NCBI GenBank assembly: GCA_945898275.1
Contig: CAMDHZ010000002.1
Location: forward strand, 134,442-198,441
Direction: 5' to 3'
Length of the DNA: 64,000 nucleotides
DNA from: Chitinophaga pinensis
Lineage (GTDB): Bacteria > Bacteroidota > Bacteroidia > UKL13-3
Below are positions 9,756-20,987 of this stretch, in pieces; within the stretch, counting starts at the first letter, position 1, and each line of letters begins with the position of its first letter. The notes beneath the pieces are model-generated. The model searched no databases and was not told the DNA's origin. It was given only the letters and a program-made list of their open reading frames with translations. The position numbers and the translations under genes were made by a program.

Positions 9756-11450
9756 TCAAACCGAAACCTTAAGATTTGAATGCCTGATTCCATAACTGAA
9801 ATAAACTACCAAGCCAACCACCAGCCAAATACTAAAGCCGATCCAATTGCTAAGTCCTAATTCGGTCATCAAGTAGAAATTACTTGTTAATCCAAGCACC
9901 GGAATAAGAGAGAAGTTTCTTTTATAGCTAAGGAAGGTAATAACAATGCTAAGCATAAGAAAGCCAAATACTGGAATATTATGCCACCAATCTTGAAGGG
10001 TAAAAAGGTTTTGAATAAAATTGGGATTTAGGAGGACAGTTGAGAAAGCGCCAACCATAAAAATTGCGGGAACCCAGTATTTACCATTGATATAAGGAAC
10101 ACGAAAACCAGTATGGTATTCACTTTTGTGACTTTCCATTACAATAACAGCTGCATTTACTAGTACAAAGGCGAATAAAGTACCTATACTAGAAAGGTCG
10201 GTAACTTCCTTTAAATTCATAAACAAGGCAGGAACAGCTACCATAATTCCAGTTATGATAGTTGCAAACCAAGGTGTTTTGTAACGTGGATGAATGGCTG
10301 AGAATTTTTTAGGTAGAAGTCCATCCCTGCTCATGGTCATCCAAATGCGCGGTTGACCATTTTGGAACACTAAAAGCACACTAGCCATTGCAATTACAGC
10401 ACTAACTGCTACTATACCTTGCATCCATGGAAGATTAACTTTCTCAAATACAAAAGCTAATGGGTCTCCAACACCTAGTTCTTTATAATCTACCATTCCA
10501 GTGAGAACAATGGCAATAAGAATGTATAATACCGTACAAATGATTAGAGAGGCAATCATGCTTTTTGGCAAGTCTTTTTTAGGATTTTTACATTCTTCGG
10601 CAGTTGTCGCAAGGGCATCAAAGCCTACATAGGCAAAGAACACAGAAGACACACCCTTTAATACACCAGTTAAACCATTAGGAGCAAACGGGCTCCAATT
10701 TTCTGGGTTTACGTAGAAAGCGCCAACTACAATAACAAGGGCTACGACTATCAGCTTAAGCCCTACCATAATATTGCTAGCGTTTTTAGTTTCCTTAACA
10801 CCTCTAAAAATTAACCATGTTATGGCAATAACAATGGCAAGCGCGGGCAAATCTAAAATTAGTTTAAACCCTAAAATTTCTGGGGCTAAAGCCCAGGCAT
10901 TGCTTGCCTCAAGGAGCGATGAAGAGATTTCTTGGTGATTTGCCAATAAGGCCGTAGCTTCTTTGCTGCCATTGAACGCGCTTAAATAATCCATGCTAAA
11001 ATAAGATGGAATCTGAATTCCTAATCCGGAGAGTAGCCCTGTAAAATAGTCGCTCCAACTTATTGCAACCACAATGTTTCCAATGGCGTATTCTACAATT
11101 AGAGCCCAACCAATGATCCAAGCTATAAGTTCTCCGAAAGCTGCATATGCGTAAGTATAAGCCGAGCCACTGATAGGAATTACAGAAGCAAATTCTGCAT
11201 AACATAAAGCGGAAAACCCGCATGCAATGGCAGTAAAAACAAAAAGGGTAATTACTGCTGGTCCACCATGAAAACTTGCATTGCCAATGGTTGAAAAAAT
11301 TCCAGCACCAATGATTGCTGCAATTCCCATGGCAGTTAGGTCTTTAAAACCTAAGGTTCTGTGAAGTGCACCACCACTTTCTGATAGCGCTGCATGGTCG
11401 CGCTGAATATCAGCAATAGTTTTTTTTCTGAAGAGGGATTTGAGCTTCAC
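9756..11450 (-). CDS. APC-family (cationic amino acid type) permease
   Basis: GIAAIIGAGIF, CYAEFAS..P.SGSAYTY, FFAYVGFD, EECKNP; many TM helices; GTG start. Confidence 0.93.
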   Translation of the reverse strand: MKLKSLFRKKTIADIQRDHAALSESGGALHRTLGFKDLTAMGIAAIIGAGIFSTIGNASFHGGPAVITLFVFTAIACGFSALCYAEFASVIPISGSAYTYAYAAFGELIAWIIGWALIVEYAIGNIVVAISWSDYFTGLLSGLGIQIPSYFSMDYLSAFNGSKEATALLANHQEISSSLLEASNAWALAPEILGFKLILDLPALAIVIAITWLIFRGVKETKNASNIMVGLKLIVVALVIVVGAFYVNPENWSPFAPNGLTGVLKGVSSVFFAYVGFDALATTAEECKNPKKDLPKSMIASLIICTVLYILIAIVLTGMVDYKELGVGDPLAFVFEKVNLPWMQGIVAVSAVIAMASVLLVFQNGQPRIWMTMSRDGLLPKKFSAIHPRYKTPWFATIITGIMVAVPALFMNLKEVTDLSSIGTLFAFVLVNAAVIVMESHKSEYHTGFRVPYINGKYWVPAIFMVGAFSTVLLNPNFIQNLFTLQDWWHNIPVFGFLMLSIVITFLSYKRNFSLIPVLGLTSNFYLMTELGLSNWIGFSIWLVVGLVVYFSYGIRHSNLKVSV

Positions 11451-11508
11451 CGGGTATATTTTAGAAAATCAAACCTAAAACATACATGTGGCAATTGCAA
11501 GTTTGATA

Positions 11509-12075
11509 CTAGAAGAGGTGTTGTTCAATATAATCTATCAGAGAATGAATGCATTTGATATGAATTTCTTGGGCTCTATCGGCATATTGGCTAAATGGTG
11601 CACGAATTTCTACATCGCATAATCCAGACATTTTACCGCCGTCTTTGCCTGTTAGGCCAATTATTTTTATGTTAAGTTCTTTGGCAATTTCCATGGCTTT
11701 GAGCACATTTTTGCTGTTACCGCTGGTTGAGATGGCAAGCAGCACATCCCCTGAACGCCCAACAGCTTGAAGGTAACGGCTAAAAATGAAATCATAGCCG
11801 TAATCATTTCCAACACACGCAATATGACTGGCGTCGCTCATTGAAATTGCACCAATTGCAGGCCTATCATTGCGGTATTTACCGGTTAATTCCTCGGCAA
11901 AATGCATGGCATCGCACATGCTCCCGCCATTGCCGCAACTAAGGATTTTTCCACCATTTTTTAGGGAGTTTACCATTATTCTTCCAGCAGCTTCAATTTT
12001 ATCAAAGTTTGATTCATCTGCTAGAAAGCTACTTAAAACGCTTTGGGCTTCAATAAAATGTTGTTTGATACTCAT
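11509..12075 (-). CDS. gmhA: D-sedoheptulose 7-phosphate isomerase
   Basis: [32 protein letters not shown]. Confidence 0.95.
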   Translation of the reverse strand: MSIKQHFIEAQSVLSSFLADESNFDKIEAAGRIMVNSLKNGGKILSCGNGGSMCDAMHFAEELTGKYRNDRPAIGAISMSDASHIACVGNDYGYDFIFSRYLQAVGRSGDVLLAISTSGNSKNVLKAMEIAKELNIKIIGLTGKDGGKMSGLCDVEIRAPFSQYADRAQEIHIKCIHSLIDYIEQHLF

Positions 12076-14168
12076 GGATTGGAGTTTTTAAATGCAGCTT
12101 TCCCAGCGTCTAGAAATTTTACAAAGTTTTGGATATTTAGGTCATAGGCTGTTGGTTCAACCAAAACCTTTTCATCGGAATCTATTAAAACATAGAAGGG
12201 CTGCGCGTTTGCATTGTATTTAGAAATCTGCAAATCTGCATTTTGTTTACCTATTGTTTTTTTCTGCTTATTATCTCTGGTACTGGTGTACCACTCGGAT
12301 TCAGGTAATTCTGTTTTATCATCTACATAAAGAGCGAGTATAACATAATCTTCTTGTAATTTTTTAAGAACAGCAGGGTCGCTCCAAACGTTGGCTTCCA
12401 TTTCTCTGCAATTGACACAGCCATGGCCAGTAAAATCAATAAAGATTGGTTTGTTTACCTTTTTGGCATAAGCAAGGGCTTGCTTATAATCAAAGAATCC
12501 ATTTAAGTCATGGGGCAAGTGAAATAATTCTTTAAAGCGCACTTCACCAAGTTCATCTGAGTTATGTTTATTATTAGATTTGGCACTGGATTTACTTAAG
12601 TCAAATTCTAAAGTTTCTTGCGGTGGAAGGTAGCCGCTAAGTGCTTTAAGTGGAGCGCCAAATAGGCCAGGAAAAAGGTAGAGTACAAAGGTAAAAGTTG
12701 CAATTGCCATAAATAACCTAGGCACACTAATAGATGTTGCTTCATCATCATGGGCAAACCTTAATTTTCCGAGTAAGTACAAGCCAAGTAGGAAGAAAAT
12801 AACAATCCAAATGGCAATATAAACTTCTCTATCTAACAAACCCCAGTGGTAGGTTTGGTCTGGGATAGAAAGGAACTTAAAGGCAAGTGCAAGCTCTAAA
12901 AAGCCTAGAACAACTTTTACAGAATTAAGCCAGCCACCAGATTTTGGAAGGTTTTGCAACCAATTTGGAAAGATTGCAAAGATGGTAAAAGGAGCAGCTA
13001 AGCCAGCCCCAAAAGCCGCCATACCTAAGGCTGGTTTTAAGAATTGTCCGCCAACTGCTTCAATTAATAGAGAACCAACAATTGGTCCTGTGCAACTAAA
13101 TGAAACAAGCACAAGGGTGAAAGCCATAAAGAAAACACCTAGAAATGAGCCCATCGAGCTTTTACTATCCACTTGGTTTACAAATTGGTGCGGCAAGGTA
13201 ATTTCAAACATCCCTAAAAAGCTAGCAGCAAAAACTATGAATATGATAAAGAAAAGCATGTTAGGCAGCCAATGTGTGCTAAGGGCATTTCCAAAATCTT
13301 CTCCTAATCCAAATACGCCAAAAACAAGGCCTAAAGATGCATAAATACCAACTATACTAAGTCCAAAACCAAATGCGCGCTTAAGTGCAAGACTTCTGGT
13401 TTCGCTACGTTTGGTAAAGAAGGTTACAGTCATTGGAAGCATAGGAAATACACATGGAGTGACAACTGCAACTAAACCACCTAAAAAGGCAAAAAGTAAG
13501 AATCCCCAAAGAGAGCTTTCATTACCACCACTTACTGAATTTTTGTTTGTAATATTTTTTTCCAAAGTGGTATCAACGGTACTGAGGTTTGTATCTGTTT
13601 TTACTGCTTCAATTGCTATGCTGGCAGTATCAACTTTAGTTGGAACAGCAGCTTCAGTCTTTGCGTTGTTATGATTATCAATTACTTTTATGTTTTTAAA
13701 TATTAAGTCATCCTCAAACAACACACACATGCCAGTAATTTGAGAGCATTCTTGGAATTCGAGCGCCACTTTAATCACCGGATTTGCCTTCAGAATTTTA
13801 ACTTTTTGTCTAAACTCTGCTTTACCAGTGAATGTAGAAACCTCACCTTCAAACACTTCGTCATAATGTTTGTGATTGCCTATTGGTTTTAGTTTTCCAA
13901 CTAATTGGTAGCTTGGGTGTTTTTCAAAATCGAACAAAGCAACTACTGGTCCAACAGATTCGCTAAAATCTGAGGAATACATATACCAGTCTTTTTGAAT
14001 TTTACTGGTGAAAATGAGTTCAATTTCTTCTCCAATGGAAACTTCTTGCTTGGAGGTTTTAAGCTCCCAAGTTGGTTTTTGCTGGAGTTGTGCTTTTAGA
14101 AACAAGGGGTAAAGCCCAAGTAATAAAAACGAAATTAGTAAGTTTTTTATACGAAACATAATATGCAT
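12072..14168 (-). CDS. dsbD: Thiol:disulfide interchange protein DsbD
   Basis: N-domain QEC...MC, TM domain TPCVFPM and SFSCTGP, LPKSGGW, thioredoxin [10 protein letters not shown]. Confidence 0.92.
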   Translation of the reverse strand: MHIMFRIKNLLISFLLLGLYPLFLKAQLQQKPTWELKTSKQEVSIGEEIELIFTSKIQKDWYMYSSDFSESVGPVVALFDFEKHPSYQLVGKLKPIGNHKHYDEVFEGEVSTFTGKAEFRQKVKILKANPVIKVALEFQECSQITGMCVLFEDDLIFKNIKVIDNHNNAKTEAAVPTKVDTASIAIEAVKTDTNLSTVDTTLEKNITNKNSVSGGNESSLWGFLLFAFLGGLVAVVTPCVFPMLPMTVTFFTKRSETRSLALKRAFGFGLSIVGIYASLGLVFGVFGLGEDFGNALSTHWLPNMLFFIIFIVFAASFLGMFEITLPHQFVNQVDSKSSMGSFLGVFFMAFTLVLVSFSCTGPIVGSLLIEAVGGQFLKPALGMAAFGAGLAAPFTIFAIFPNWLQNLPKSGGWLNSVKVVLGFLELALAFKFLSIPDQTYHWGLLDREVYIAIWIVIFFLLGLYLLGKLRFAHDDEATSISVPRLFMAIATFTFVLYLFPGLFGAPLKALSGYLPPQETLEFDLSKSSAKSNNKHNSDELGEVRFKELFHLPHDLNGFFDYKQALAYAKKVNKPIFIDFTGHGCVNCREMEANVWSDPAVLKKLQEDYVILALYVDDKTELPESEWYTSTRDNKQKKTIGKQNADLQISKYNANAQPFYVLIDSDEKVLVEPTAYDLNIQNFVKFLDAGKAAFKNSNP

Positions 14169-14311
14169 AACGGTTAAGTGTAGAATAAAAACACCATTCC
14201 TGACTTTAAATTTTCCTAAAAGTTATAAGGAACAAATTTATACATAATGAGGATTAAAGCAATAGAGCTCATATAATCTACATTTATCTATGCTAAAGTA
14301 ATAATTGAGGA

Positions 14312-16054
14312 TTATTTTGGAGCAGCAATTGTTTGAATTAAAATATTTTGAAGAGAATCGCCCTTTTGCAAATTGTAGGCTAATAAGTAAAATTTTGCAT
14401 TTGCAATTGTGTTAAGGCTTTTCGGTTTGAACCAATAGTCCCCTTTTTGGTAAGTGCCTGGAGTTTCGTTACAAAATTGTAAGAGATATTTTTGTTCCCA
14501 AAAGATGGTTTTACCTGTAATAGTATCCTTTGCAAAAATGGCTATTTCGGTTCTAAGTTCATGTGGAAAGTTATGATAAAGCGACAGACGAAGTTCATCA
14601 CCATTTTCAATCCCAACAAAATTAAAGGCATTTGAAGCCATTAATGTATCTGGAATATTCCCTGCAGATTTGAAATTTGGAATGCTTAAAGCCTGAGTAA
14701 CAGTGGTACTAGGTTCACCACATTTTTGTTTCCAAACCCAACCTTTATAAGGACTTGAGGTTCTTAAAAAAACTTGCCAATACTTTTCTTTGTTCATTTG
14801 GTCCCAATGCAAAATGTACTCTTGGTGTTGCCAAGTTTGCGTTAGGTTAAGTAAAATCGAAAGGGTAATAATTATTCCTAAAACCAACTTAGAAGGCCAT
14901 TTAATTTTAAGATGCATCAATGAAACAGGTAAAATTAAAATGGGGAGATAGTCTAAATATACGCGTTGGCCGTAAGAACCTCCATAAAACCAGCTCCACC
15001 AACAACTGAAAACATAAGAAATTGCCAAAAAGTAGAGAATATAGTAAGTTATGAAGTATTTGTTTTTTTTGACCCCAGCCCAAATTGAGAGCAGTTGAAA
15101 GAGGAGGAGCAAAGGAGTATAAATAAATAGGCCTTTTTGATAGCTGAACCAAGAGTTTATAAGTTGGGGGTTATCAAAGTAAAAGCTTTCATTTTGATAA
15201 CTGTATACAATGAAATTACCCGTTTGTAAATACCATAAAAAACATTGCAGAGATAGCGTAATTCCAAAGATGATTAGGGCAAAAAGCAGTGACTTCCAGT
15301 ATCTGAATATATTTCTAAATAGAACAGTTAAGTTGTTAGCATTGCCTACTAATAGAGGGATTGAAAAAACCACTAAGAAATTTATAGGTCTTAAAAGGAT
15401 TATTAATGCCATTAAAAGACCCATTAAAAGTATAAATTTTGATTTGTTTTGGTAGAAGAAGGATATTGTAAAATAACAAAAAAGAGAAACGGCTGTAAAG
15501 GAAAAAACATGGCTAAATCCTGCATCAAACCACGCGTAGTGGGTAAATGGAGTAGCAAATAGGATGGAAAGCTGAACAAGAAAAATCAAATTACTTTCTA
15601 CATTTAACTGAATAAGCGTTTTCCGCAAGAAAACAAGACCGATGAACAACCAGAAAATTGCGGCAAATAAGACCATAACCTGATAGGGTAACTCATAGCC
15701 TGAATCAACATAACCAAGAACTTGTCTCACCAATTGAAGCGGTAAATAAAAAGGAAGTAAAAACGCTGCAGTTCCACAGGAGTATTTATTTACCCTAAGA
15801 TTGCCAAGATTATTGTAAGCATAATTTTGATCTATTCTGGAATAAATTAAAGGTTGTGTATTTCTTGGTTTATCTACCCTATTGATATCTTTATGAAGAA
15901 AAATTGAAGGCAGGTAATCGTAGTATCCATAAGCATCTGCATGAATAAAATCTTGGCGACTAGTAAATCCCCACAACATAATGAAAACGAAGGCCAGCAT
16001 TAAAGCTAGTTCTTTAATAATATGATTAAAGGGTTTTAATGCCATATTGAGCAA
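14312..16054 (-). CDS. Multi-pass membrane protein, GT-C-like glycosyltransferase candidate
   Basis: D..GYYDYLPS after TM1, NKY..G.A, LRP.N, KGLFIYTP, WW.W.YGGSYGQR; about 12 TM segments. Start may be ATG 16045. Confidence 0.55.
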   Translation of the reverse strand: MLNMALKPFNHIIKELALMLAFVFIMLWGFTSRQDFIHADAYGYYDYLPSIFLHKDINRVDKPRNTQPLIYSRIDQNYAYNNLGNLRVNKYSCGTAAFLLPFYLPLQLVRQVLGYVDSGYELPYQVMVLFAAIFWLFIGLVFLRKTLIQLNVESNLIFLVQLSILFATPFTHYAWFDAGFSHVFSFTAVSLFCYFTISFFYQNKSKFILLMGLLMALIILLRPINFLVVFSIPLLVGNANNLTVLFRNIFRYWKSLLFALIIFGITLSLQCFLWYLQTGNFIVYSYQNESFYFDNPQLINSWFSYQKGLFIYTPLLLLFQLLSIWAGVKKNKYFITYYILYFLAISYVFSCWWSWFYGGSYGQRVYLDYLPILILPVSLMHLKIKWPSKLVLGIIITLSILLNLTQTWQHQEYILHWDQMNKEKYWQVFLRTSSPYKGWVWKQKCGEPSTTVTQALSIPNFKSAGNIPDTLMASNAFNFVGIENGDELRLSLYHNFPHELRTEIAIFAKDTITGKTIFWEQKYLLQFCNETPGTYQKGDYWFKPKSLNTIANAKFYLLAYNLQKGDSLQNILIQTIAAPK

Positions 16055-16166
16055 ATATATTTATTTTAAGAAATTTAGGTTTGCTTATAAAACTATACAG
16101 CTTATATTTTTTGTTAGAAAATGCTTATGGTTGGCCTTATTTAGAGCACTACTTTTGTCAGTTGAG

Positions 16167-17645
16167 ATGAAGAAAAAACTGCTGAACCTATTTTGCTGCA
16201 TTATTCCATTGGCTATGTTGGCTCAAACCGATACCTTACCGGTTAAAGTGCCTAGTATGCCAAAGCAAACTGTAGATCAATATATAGAGAAATACAGTGC
16301 TATTGCAGTGGATGAAATGTACAGAAGCAAGATTCCTGCAAGTATTACGCTGGCTCAAGGAATATTAGAAAGTGGCAATGGAAATAGCCGGTTAGCTGTT
16401 GAGGGCAATAATCATTTTGGTATTAAATGTAAGAAAACCTGGACGGGTAAAACCATTTTTGAAGACGATGATGCTTTGCAAGAGTGCTTTAGAAAGTACG
16501 ATGCAGCCATAGATAGCTACCGAGACCATTCAGATTTTTTAATGAATAATCCTCGGTATGCGTTTTTGTTTGATTTAGATAAAACAGATTATAAGGGTTG
16601 GGCTTATGGACTTAAAAAGGCAGGCTATGCCACTAACCCACAGTATGCAGAGTTGCTTATAACTTTTATTGATAAGCATAAGCTTCATAAGTTTGATGGT
16701 GTGAAGTTGAGCGAGGAAGAAGATAAAGAGCTAAAAAACGACAAGGAGGAGCTAGTAAAAAGTCGGGGTAAGGAAATTCACAATAATGGTGTAATTGGCG
16801 TAATAGCCAATGCAAATGAGAGTTATGCTCAAATTGCCATGAATTATGATTTGAAGGTTTATCAATTGTATAGATTTAATGATTTAGAAAAAGATGCTGT
16901 ATGTAAAGAAGGAGATACAGTTTACTTAAAAACTAAAAGAAATAAGTCGGACAGCCTTTATCATTTGGTAACAGGCGCTGAAACGCTACATTGGATAAGC
17001 CAAAGATATGCAGTAAAGCTCGACAAACTTTTAGAAAGGAATCATTTGTTGAATGGCCAACAGCCTGCTGTAGGAGAAATGATTTATTTGAAAAACAAAC
17101 GTGATAATGCGCCTAAGTTGGTTGCAATTGATACCTTAAAGCCCAAATCCAAAGTTGATACAATAATCATCGATATTGCTGAACCAAAGCCTTTAGACAC
17201 AACTTATGACAACAAGGTTTACGACAATATTCAGCAAAACATAGAAACAAGTAAAACAGTTGAAACCGTTACTTCTTTGGACAGTATTCAGGATTTCAAG
17301 GAAAATTTGAGTTTTTTCCATACCGTTCAAAGGGGAGAAACTTTATATAGCATTGGTAAAAAATATGGGATTCGAGTAGATGCAATCATGTATTTAAACC
17401 TATTGACTACGGATGCAATTGAGGCGGGTCAGCGCTTAATTATTAACCCAGCAATTTCTAATGCCGATACCAAGGAACCACAAAGTACACCGGGCGTTCA
17501 TATCGTTAGACAAGGTGAGACTTTATTTAAAATTGCCAAGATGTATGGCTTAAGTATTCAAGATATCAAGGCAACAAATAACTTGGAAAATGAGGTGGTT
17601 TTTATCGGTCAGCGATTGGTTATTGTAAAGCAATCAAAAAAATAA
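16167..17645 (+). CDS. GH73 glucosaminidase/muramidase with LysM repeats
   Basis: IPASITLAQGILESG, NNHFGIKC, GLKKAGYATNP; LysM HTVQRGETLYSI and HIVRQGETLFKI. The signal peptide starts at ATG 16167, whereas the ORF-track start at 16047 overlaps the divergent gene. Confidence 0.9.
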   Translation: MKKKLLNLFCCIIPLAMLAQTDTLPVKVPSMPKQTVDQYIEKYSAIAVDEMYRSKIPASITLAQGILESGNGNSRLAVEGNNHFGIKCKKTWTGKTIFEDDDALQECFRKYDAAIDSYRDHSDFLMNNPRYAFLFDLDKTDYKGWAYGLKKAGYATNPQYAELLITFIDKHKLHKFDGVKLSEEEDKELKNDKEELVKSRGKEIHNNGVIGVIANANESYAQIAMNYDLKVYQLYRFNDLEKDAVCKEGDTVYLKTKRNKSDSLYHLVTGAETLHWISQRYAVKLDKLLERNHLLNGQQPAVGEMIYLKNKRDNAPKLVAIDTLKPKSKVDTIIIDIAEPKPLDTTYDNKVYDNIQQNIETSKTVETVTSLDSIQDFKENLSFFHTVQRGETLYSIGKKYGIRVDAIMYLNLLTTDAIEAGQRLIINPAISNADTKEPQSTPGVHIVRQGETLFKIAKMYGLSIQDIKATNNLENEVVFIGQRLVIVKQSKK

Positions 17646-17748
17646 ATCAGACAAAAGCTTGGATTGCAACCAAATTGGATTTTTTTACATCAAATATTTT
17701 ATTAAACTTGTAATTCTGATTGAGTAAATTAATCAAATATTAAATTGT

Positions 17749-18432
17749 ATGAAAAAAGTTATTCTTATAGTTGCCGTTTTGTTCTTTGCTATTGGTTTGA
17801 AAGCTCAGACTAGGTTTGGTTTTGGTCAGATTGACTACGATAACTGGAATGTGAATGACCCTAATGCACATTTGTTATTATTGGTATGGCCACAAAATAA
17901 TGACACACTTGATTTTGAGGTTGGTGCAGATATTTTTGTGTTAGATGGAACCGCGAAGGCGGGCATAGATTTTAATATGAGTACCTCCAAGTGGACTTTC
18001 CCTATTGGTACCAATATATTTGATTCTTCAAATCGCAAAAAAATTGCTTATAATTTTGTTCCCAATACTACTTTTTGGGGAAAGAAAGATTTCACGATTA
18101 AATTAGGAAACTTACAAGGTGTTACTAGTGCTGATTTATTGAATGGACAGGATTTACTTCGTGTTATTATTGATTATGATGGAACTGGAATTGGATTGCC
18201 AAAGCTAAGCGTTCATGACTATAGATTATATCCAATTCCTGCTAGCACAATGTTATACATTGGAGGAGTAAATCCAACTGCCTACAAAATTTACGACCTA
18301 AGCGGAAGATTAGCCCAAGAAGGTGGAATTTTACAAAGCAGTATTGATGTGAGTAATTTGGGAAATGGCCTTTATGTATTATATGCTCAAACAGATAAGG
18401 GCATGATAGTACAGAAGTTTCTTAAAGACTAG
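17749..18432 (+). CDS. Small T9SS cargo protein (Calx-beta-like domain + CTD)
   Basis: Signal peptide; GTAKAGIDF; CTD LYPIPA...YDLSGR...IDVSNL..GLYVL...KFLK. Confidence 0.75.
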   Translation: MKKVILIVAVLFFAIGLKAQTRFGFGQIDYDNWNVNDPNAHLLLLVWPQNNDTLDFEVGADIFVLDGTAKAGIDFNMSTSKWTFPIGTNIFDSSNRKKIAYNFVPNTTFWGKKDFTIKLGNLQGVTSADLLNGQDLLRVIIDYDGTGIGLPKLSVHDYRLYPIPASTMLYIGGVNPTAYKIYDLSGRLAQEGGILQSSIDVSNLGNGLYVLYAQTDKGMIVQKFLKD

Positions 18433-18433
18433 A

Positions 18434-20257
18434 TTGAAAAAAACTTGGTATGTATTCGACTTTGACAGTACCTTTACGCAAGTTGAGGCGATGGAAGAGT
18501 TGGCAGCCATTAGCTTAGAAAATGACCCAGAGCGGGACATTTTAATAGAAAAAATAAAGCAACTTACAGAACTTGCCATGGAAGGCAAAATGCCTTTTGA
18601 GAAATCATTAAAGGCAAGGATTGCACTGCTTTCTGCAAAAAAGTATCATTTAAACTTATTGGTGAATAGACTTAGGAAGCGCGTAAGCGCTTCATTTGTT
18701 AGAAACAAACAGTTTTTCAAAACACACAAAGGAAACGTCTTAATAATTTCTGGAGGTTTTAAGGAATTTATTGATCCTATCGTAAAAACGTATCACATTG
18801 ATGCTGATTGCGTATATGGCAATACATTTATATACGATAAGAAAAACAATATCATTGGGGCAGATGAGACCAATTTATTGGCCCAAGCCCAAGGAAAAGT
18901 CAAATTACTTAAGCAGCTCAAATTAAGCGGAAACGTAATTATGATTGGAGATGGCTTTACAGATTTGGAGGTTTTTGAATCGGGTATGGCCAATGAATTT
19001 TATGCTTATACCGAAAATGTAAGCCGGCCAAGTGTAATTACTAAATCTGGAAAAGTGGCGCCAAGTTTAGATGAAATTCTTTTTAAACAGCATTTACCCA
19101 TGTCTATTTCTTATCCAAAATCGCGCATTAGTGCTTTATTGGTGGGCAAATTAACTTGGCAAGCTGAAGTATTTTTTAAAAGAGAAGGTTATCAGGTAGA
19201 GAAGTATGATTTGTTATCGCAATTAAAAAGTAGCCCAAAGGGTGGCTCTGTGAATATTGTTTTGTTTGAACCTGAATTAGATAAAAAGGGTACAGTGAGT
19301 TCGTTTATTCTTGAACCTAAAAACAAGGTATTGGCGGCTGGAATTTGGGGCGAGTCGGTTCAAACCGAAACCAACCCAAAGTTTGCAAAAGCAGGAATAG
19401 GAATTTTTAGCAGCAGTTATGCACATACTCGAAGTGTTGCCGAATTGGCCCTATTATATTTATTACAATTTTCGAGGCAAAAGCAACAAGAGTTATTTGG
19501 TAAAAAGCTTGGTATTATTGGGTATGGACACAGTGGCTCCTTGTTATCTGTGATGGCAGCTCATTTGGGTTTGGAGGTTTATTATTATGATATTGACCAC
19601 AAACCACCTATTGGGAATGCTAAGCAAGTTAGAACATTAAGTGATTTATTGCGCAAGTGTGAGTTGGTAGTAGTGGTTGCGGGCCGTCGATTTATTGGGC
19701 AACTAAACATTGGCCCTAAGGAATTGAATTTATTGCCTAAAGAAAGCATTTTAATTCATTTGGGTTACGATGCTTGTATTGATTTTTTGGCGGTAAAAGA
19801 CATGCTTAAAACTGGCAGGCTTTCTGGTTTTTATGCAGATGTTTTAGAAGAAAAGAATTTCGCCATTTTGAAAGAAAGTGAATCAGTAAAAGTTGGATAT
19901 AGAGAAAGGTTAATGACACAACAAACGCAGGCAAATATTGCAGCATCGTTAAGCGAATATTTGTTAGAATATATCAATACTGGCGCCACTAGCGGGAGTT
20001 TAAACTTACCCTTAGTTCATTTGCCAAGTATGCATCAGCTGAATAGGTTTATTCATATTCACGAAAATAAACCAGGGGTTTTGGCTCAAATTAATAATAT
20101 TTTGGCTACTTATAACATCAATGTGTTGGGTCAATATTTAAAAACCACAGAAACCATAGGATACGTAATTACTGATGTTAGTAAAGCATATCCACCAAAA
20201 GCAATTGAAGATTTAAAAAGAATAGCCGAAACCTTGCGATTTAGAGTTTTGTATTAA
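18434..20257 (+). CDS. HAD-IB phosphoserine phosphatase fused to a degenerate D-3-phosphoglycerate dehydrogenase (SerA-like) and ACT domain
   Basis: FDFDST, ISGG, GK, GDGFTD (HAD); RSVAEL and GKKLGIIGYG (SerA); ACT HIHENKPGVLAQIN...GYVITDV. The SerA catalytic motifs are missing. Confidence 0.85.
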   Translation: MKKTWYVFDFDSTFTQVEAMEELAAISLENDPERDILIEKIKQLTELAMEGKMPFEKSLKARIALLSAKKYHLNLLVNRLRKRVSASFVRNKQFFKTHKGNVLIISGGFKEFIDPIVKTYHIDADCVYGNTFIYDKKNNIIGADETNLLAQAQGKVKLLKQLKLSGNVIMIGDGFTDLEVFESGMANEFYAYTENVSRPSVITKSGKVAPSLDEILFKQHLPMSISYPKSRISALLVGKLTWQAEVFFKREGYQVEKYDLLSQLKSSPKGGSVNIVLFEPELDKKGTVSSFILEPKNKVLAAGIWGESVQTETNPKFAKAGIGIFSSSYAHTRSVAELALLYLLQFSRQKQQELFGKKLGIIGYGHSGSLLSVMAAHLGLEVYYYDIDHKPPIGNAKQVRTLSDLLRKCELVVVVAGRRFIGQLNIGPKELNLLPKESILIHLGYDACIDFLAVKDMLKTGRLSGFYADVLEEKNFAILKESESVKVGYRERLMTQQTQANIAASLSEYLLEYINTGATSGSLNLPLVHLPSMHQLNRFIHIHENKPGVLAQINNILATYNINVLGQYLKTTETIGYVITDVSKAYPPKAIEDLKRIAETLRFRVLY

Positions 20258-20985
20258 CTGCGTTGCATTAAAGCTTCATACATAATGATGCCTGCTGCCA
20301 CAGATACATTTAGCGAGCTAACGCCAAAATTCATTGGAATTTGCGCTAATGCCGAGCATTTTTTAATTAATTCTAAACTAATACCCGTTTCTTCTCCACC
20401 CATGATGATGGCCAGAGGTCCTGTTAAATCGGTTTGGCTAATTGAATCTTTGGCTTTTTCTGTGCAAGCCACAGTTGTAAAGCCAGATTGATTTAGATAT
20501 TCTAAAGTAGTTTTAAGGTGTTTTTCTCTGCAAACGGGCAGTTTATGTAAAGCACCTGCCGATGTTTTGATGGCATCCTCATTCACAGGTGCAGTATCTG
20601 TTAGAGGAACAACCAAAGCATGTACCCCAGCGCATAGGGCTGTTCTAGCGATTGCTCCTAAATTTCTTACATCCTTTACACCATCTAAGATTAGAATAAA
20701 AGGTGTTTCGCCTTGCTCGAAAAGCGATGGAATAATTTGTTCTAAACTATGATAAGAAATGGGGGATGAAAAAGCCATAACCCCTTGGTGATTCTTATCT
20801 TTTAGGTTAAAAAACTTTTCTTTTGGTACGGTTTGAACCGGAACCTGCGCTCCACGAGCTGCTTTAAGCAATTCGTCGAGCGCAGGGTTAAAAATGCCTT
20901 TCATGACTTGGATTTTGATAAGGTCTTTACCAGCATCCAAGGCTTCTTTAACGGCATGGGTTCCGTAGATAATATTTTCTTTCAT
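20254..20985 (-). CDS. rlmB: 23S rRNA (G2251-2'-O)-methyltransferase
   Basis: IYGTHAV.EAL, NHQGV, D.RNLGAI.RTA, MGGEETG, SLNVSVA (SPOUT). Confidence 0.93.
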   Translation of the reverse strand: MKENIIYGTHAVKEALDAGKDLIKIQVMKGIFNPALDELLKAARGAQVPVQTVPKEKFFNLKDKNHQGVMAFSSPISYHSLEQIIPSLFEQGETPFILILDGVKDVRNLGAIARTALCAGVHALVVPLTDTAPVNEDAIKTSAGALHKLPVCREKHLKTTLEYLNQSGFTTVACTEKAKDSISQTDLTGPLAIIMGGEETGISLELIKKCSALAQIPMNFGVSSLNVSVAAGIIMYEALMQRS

Positions 20986-20987
20986 TC

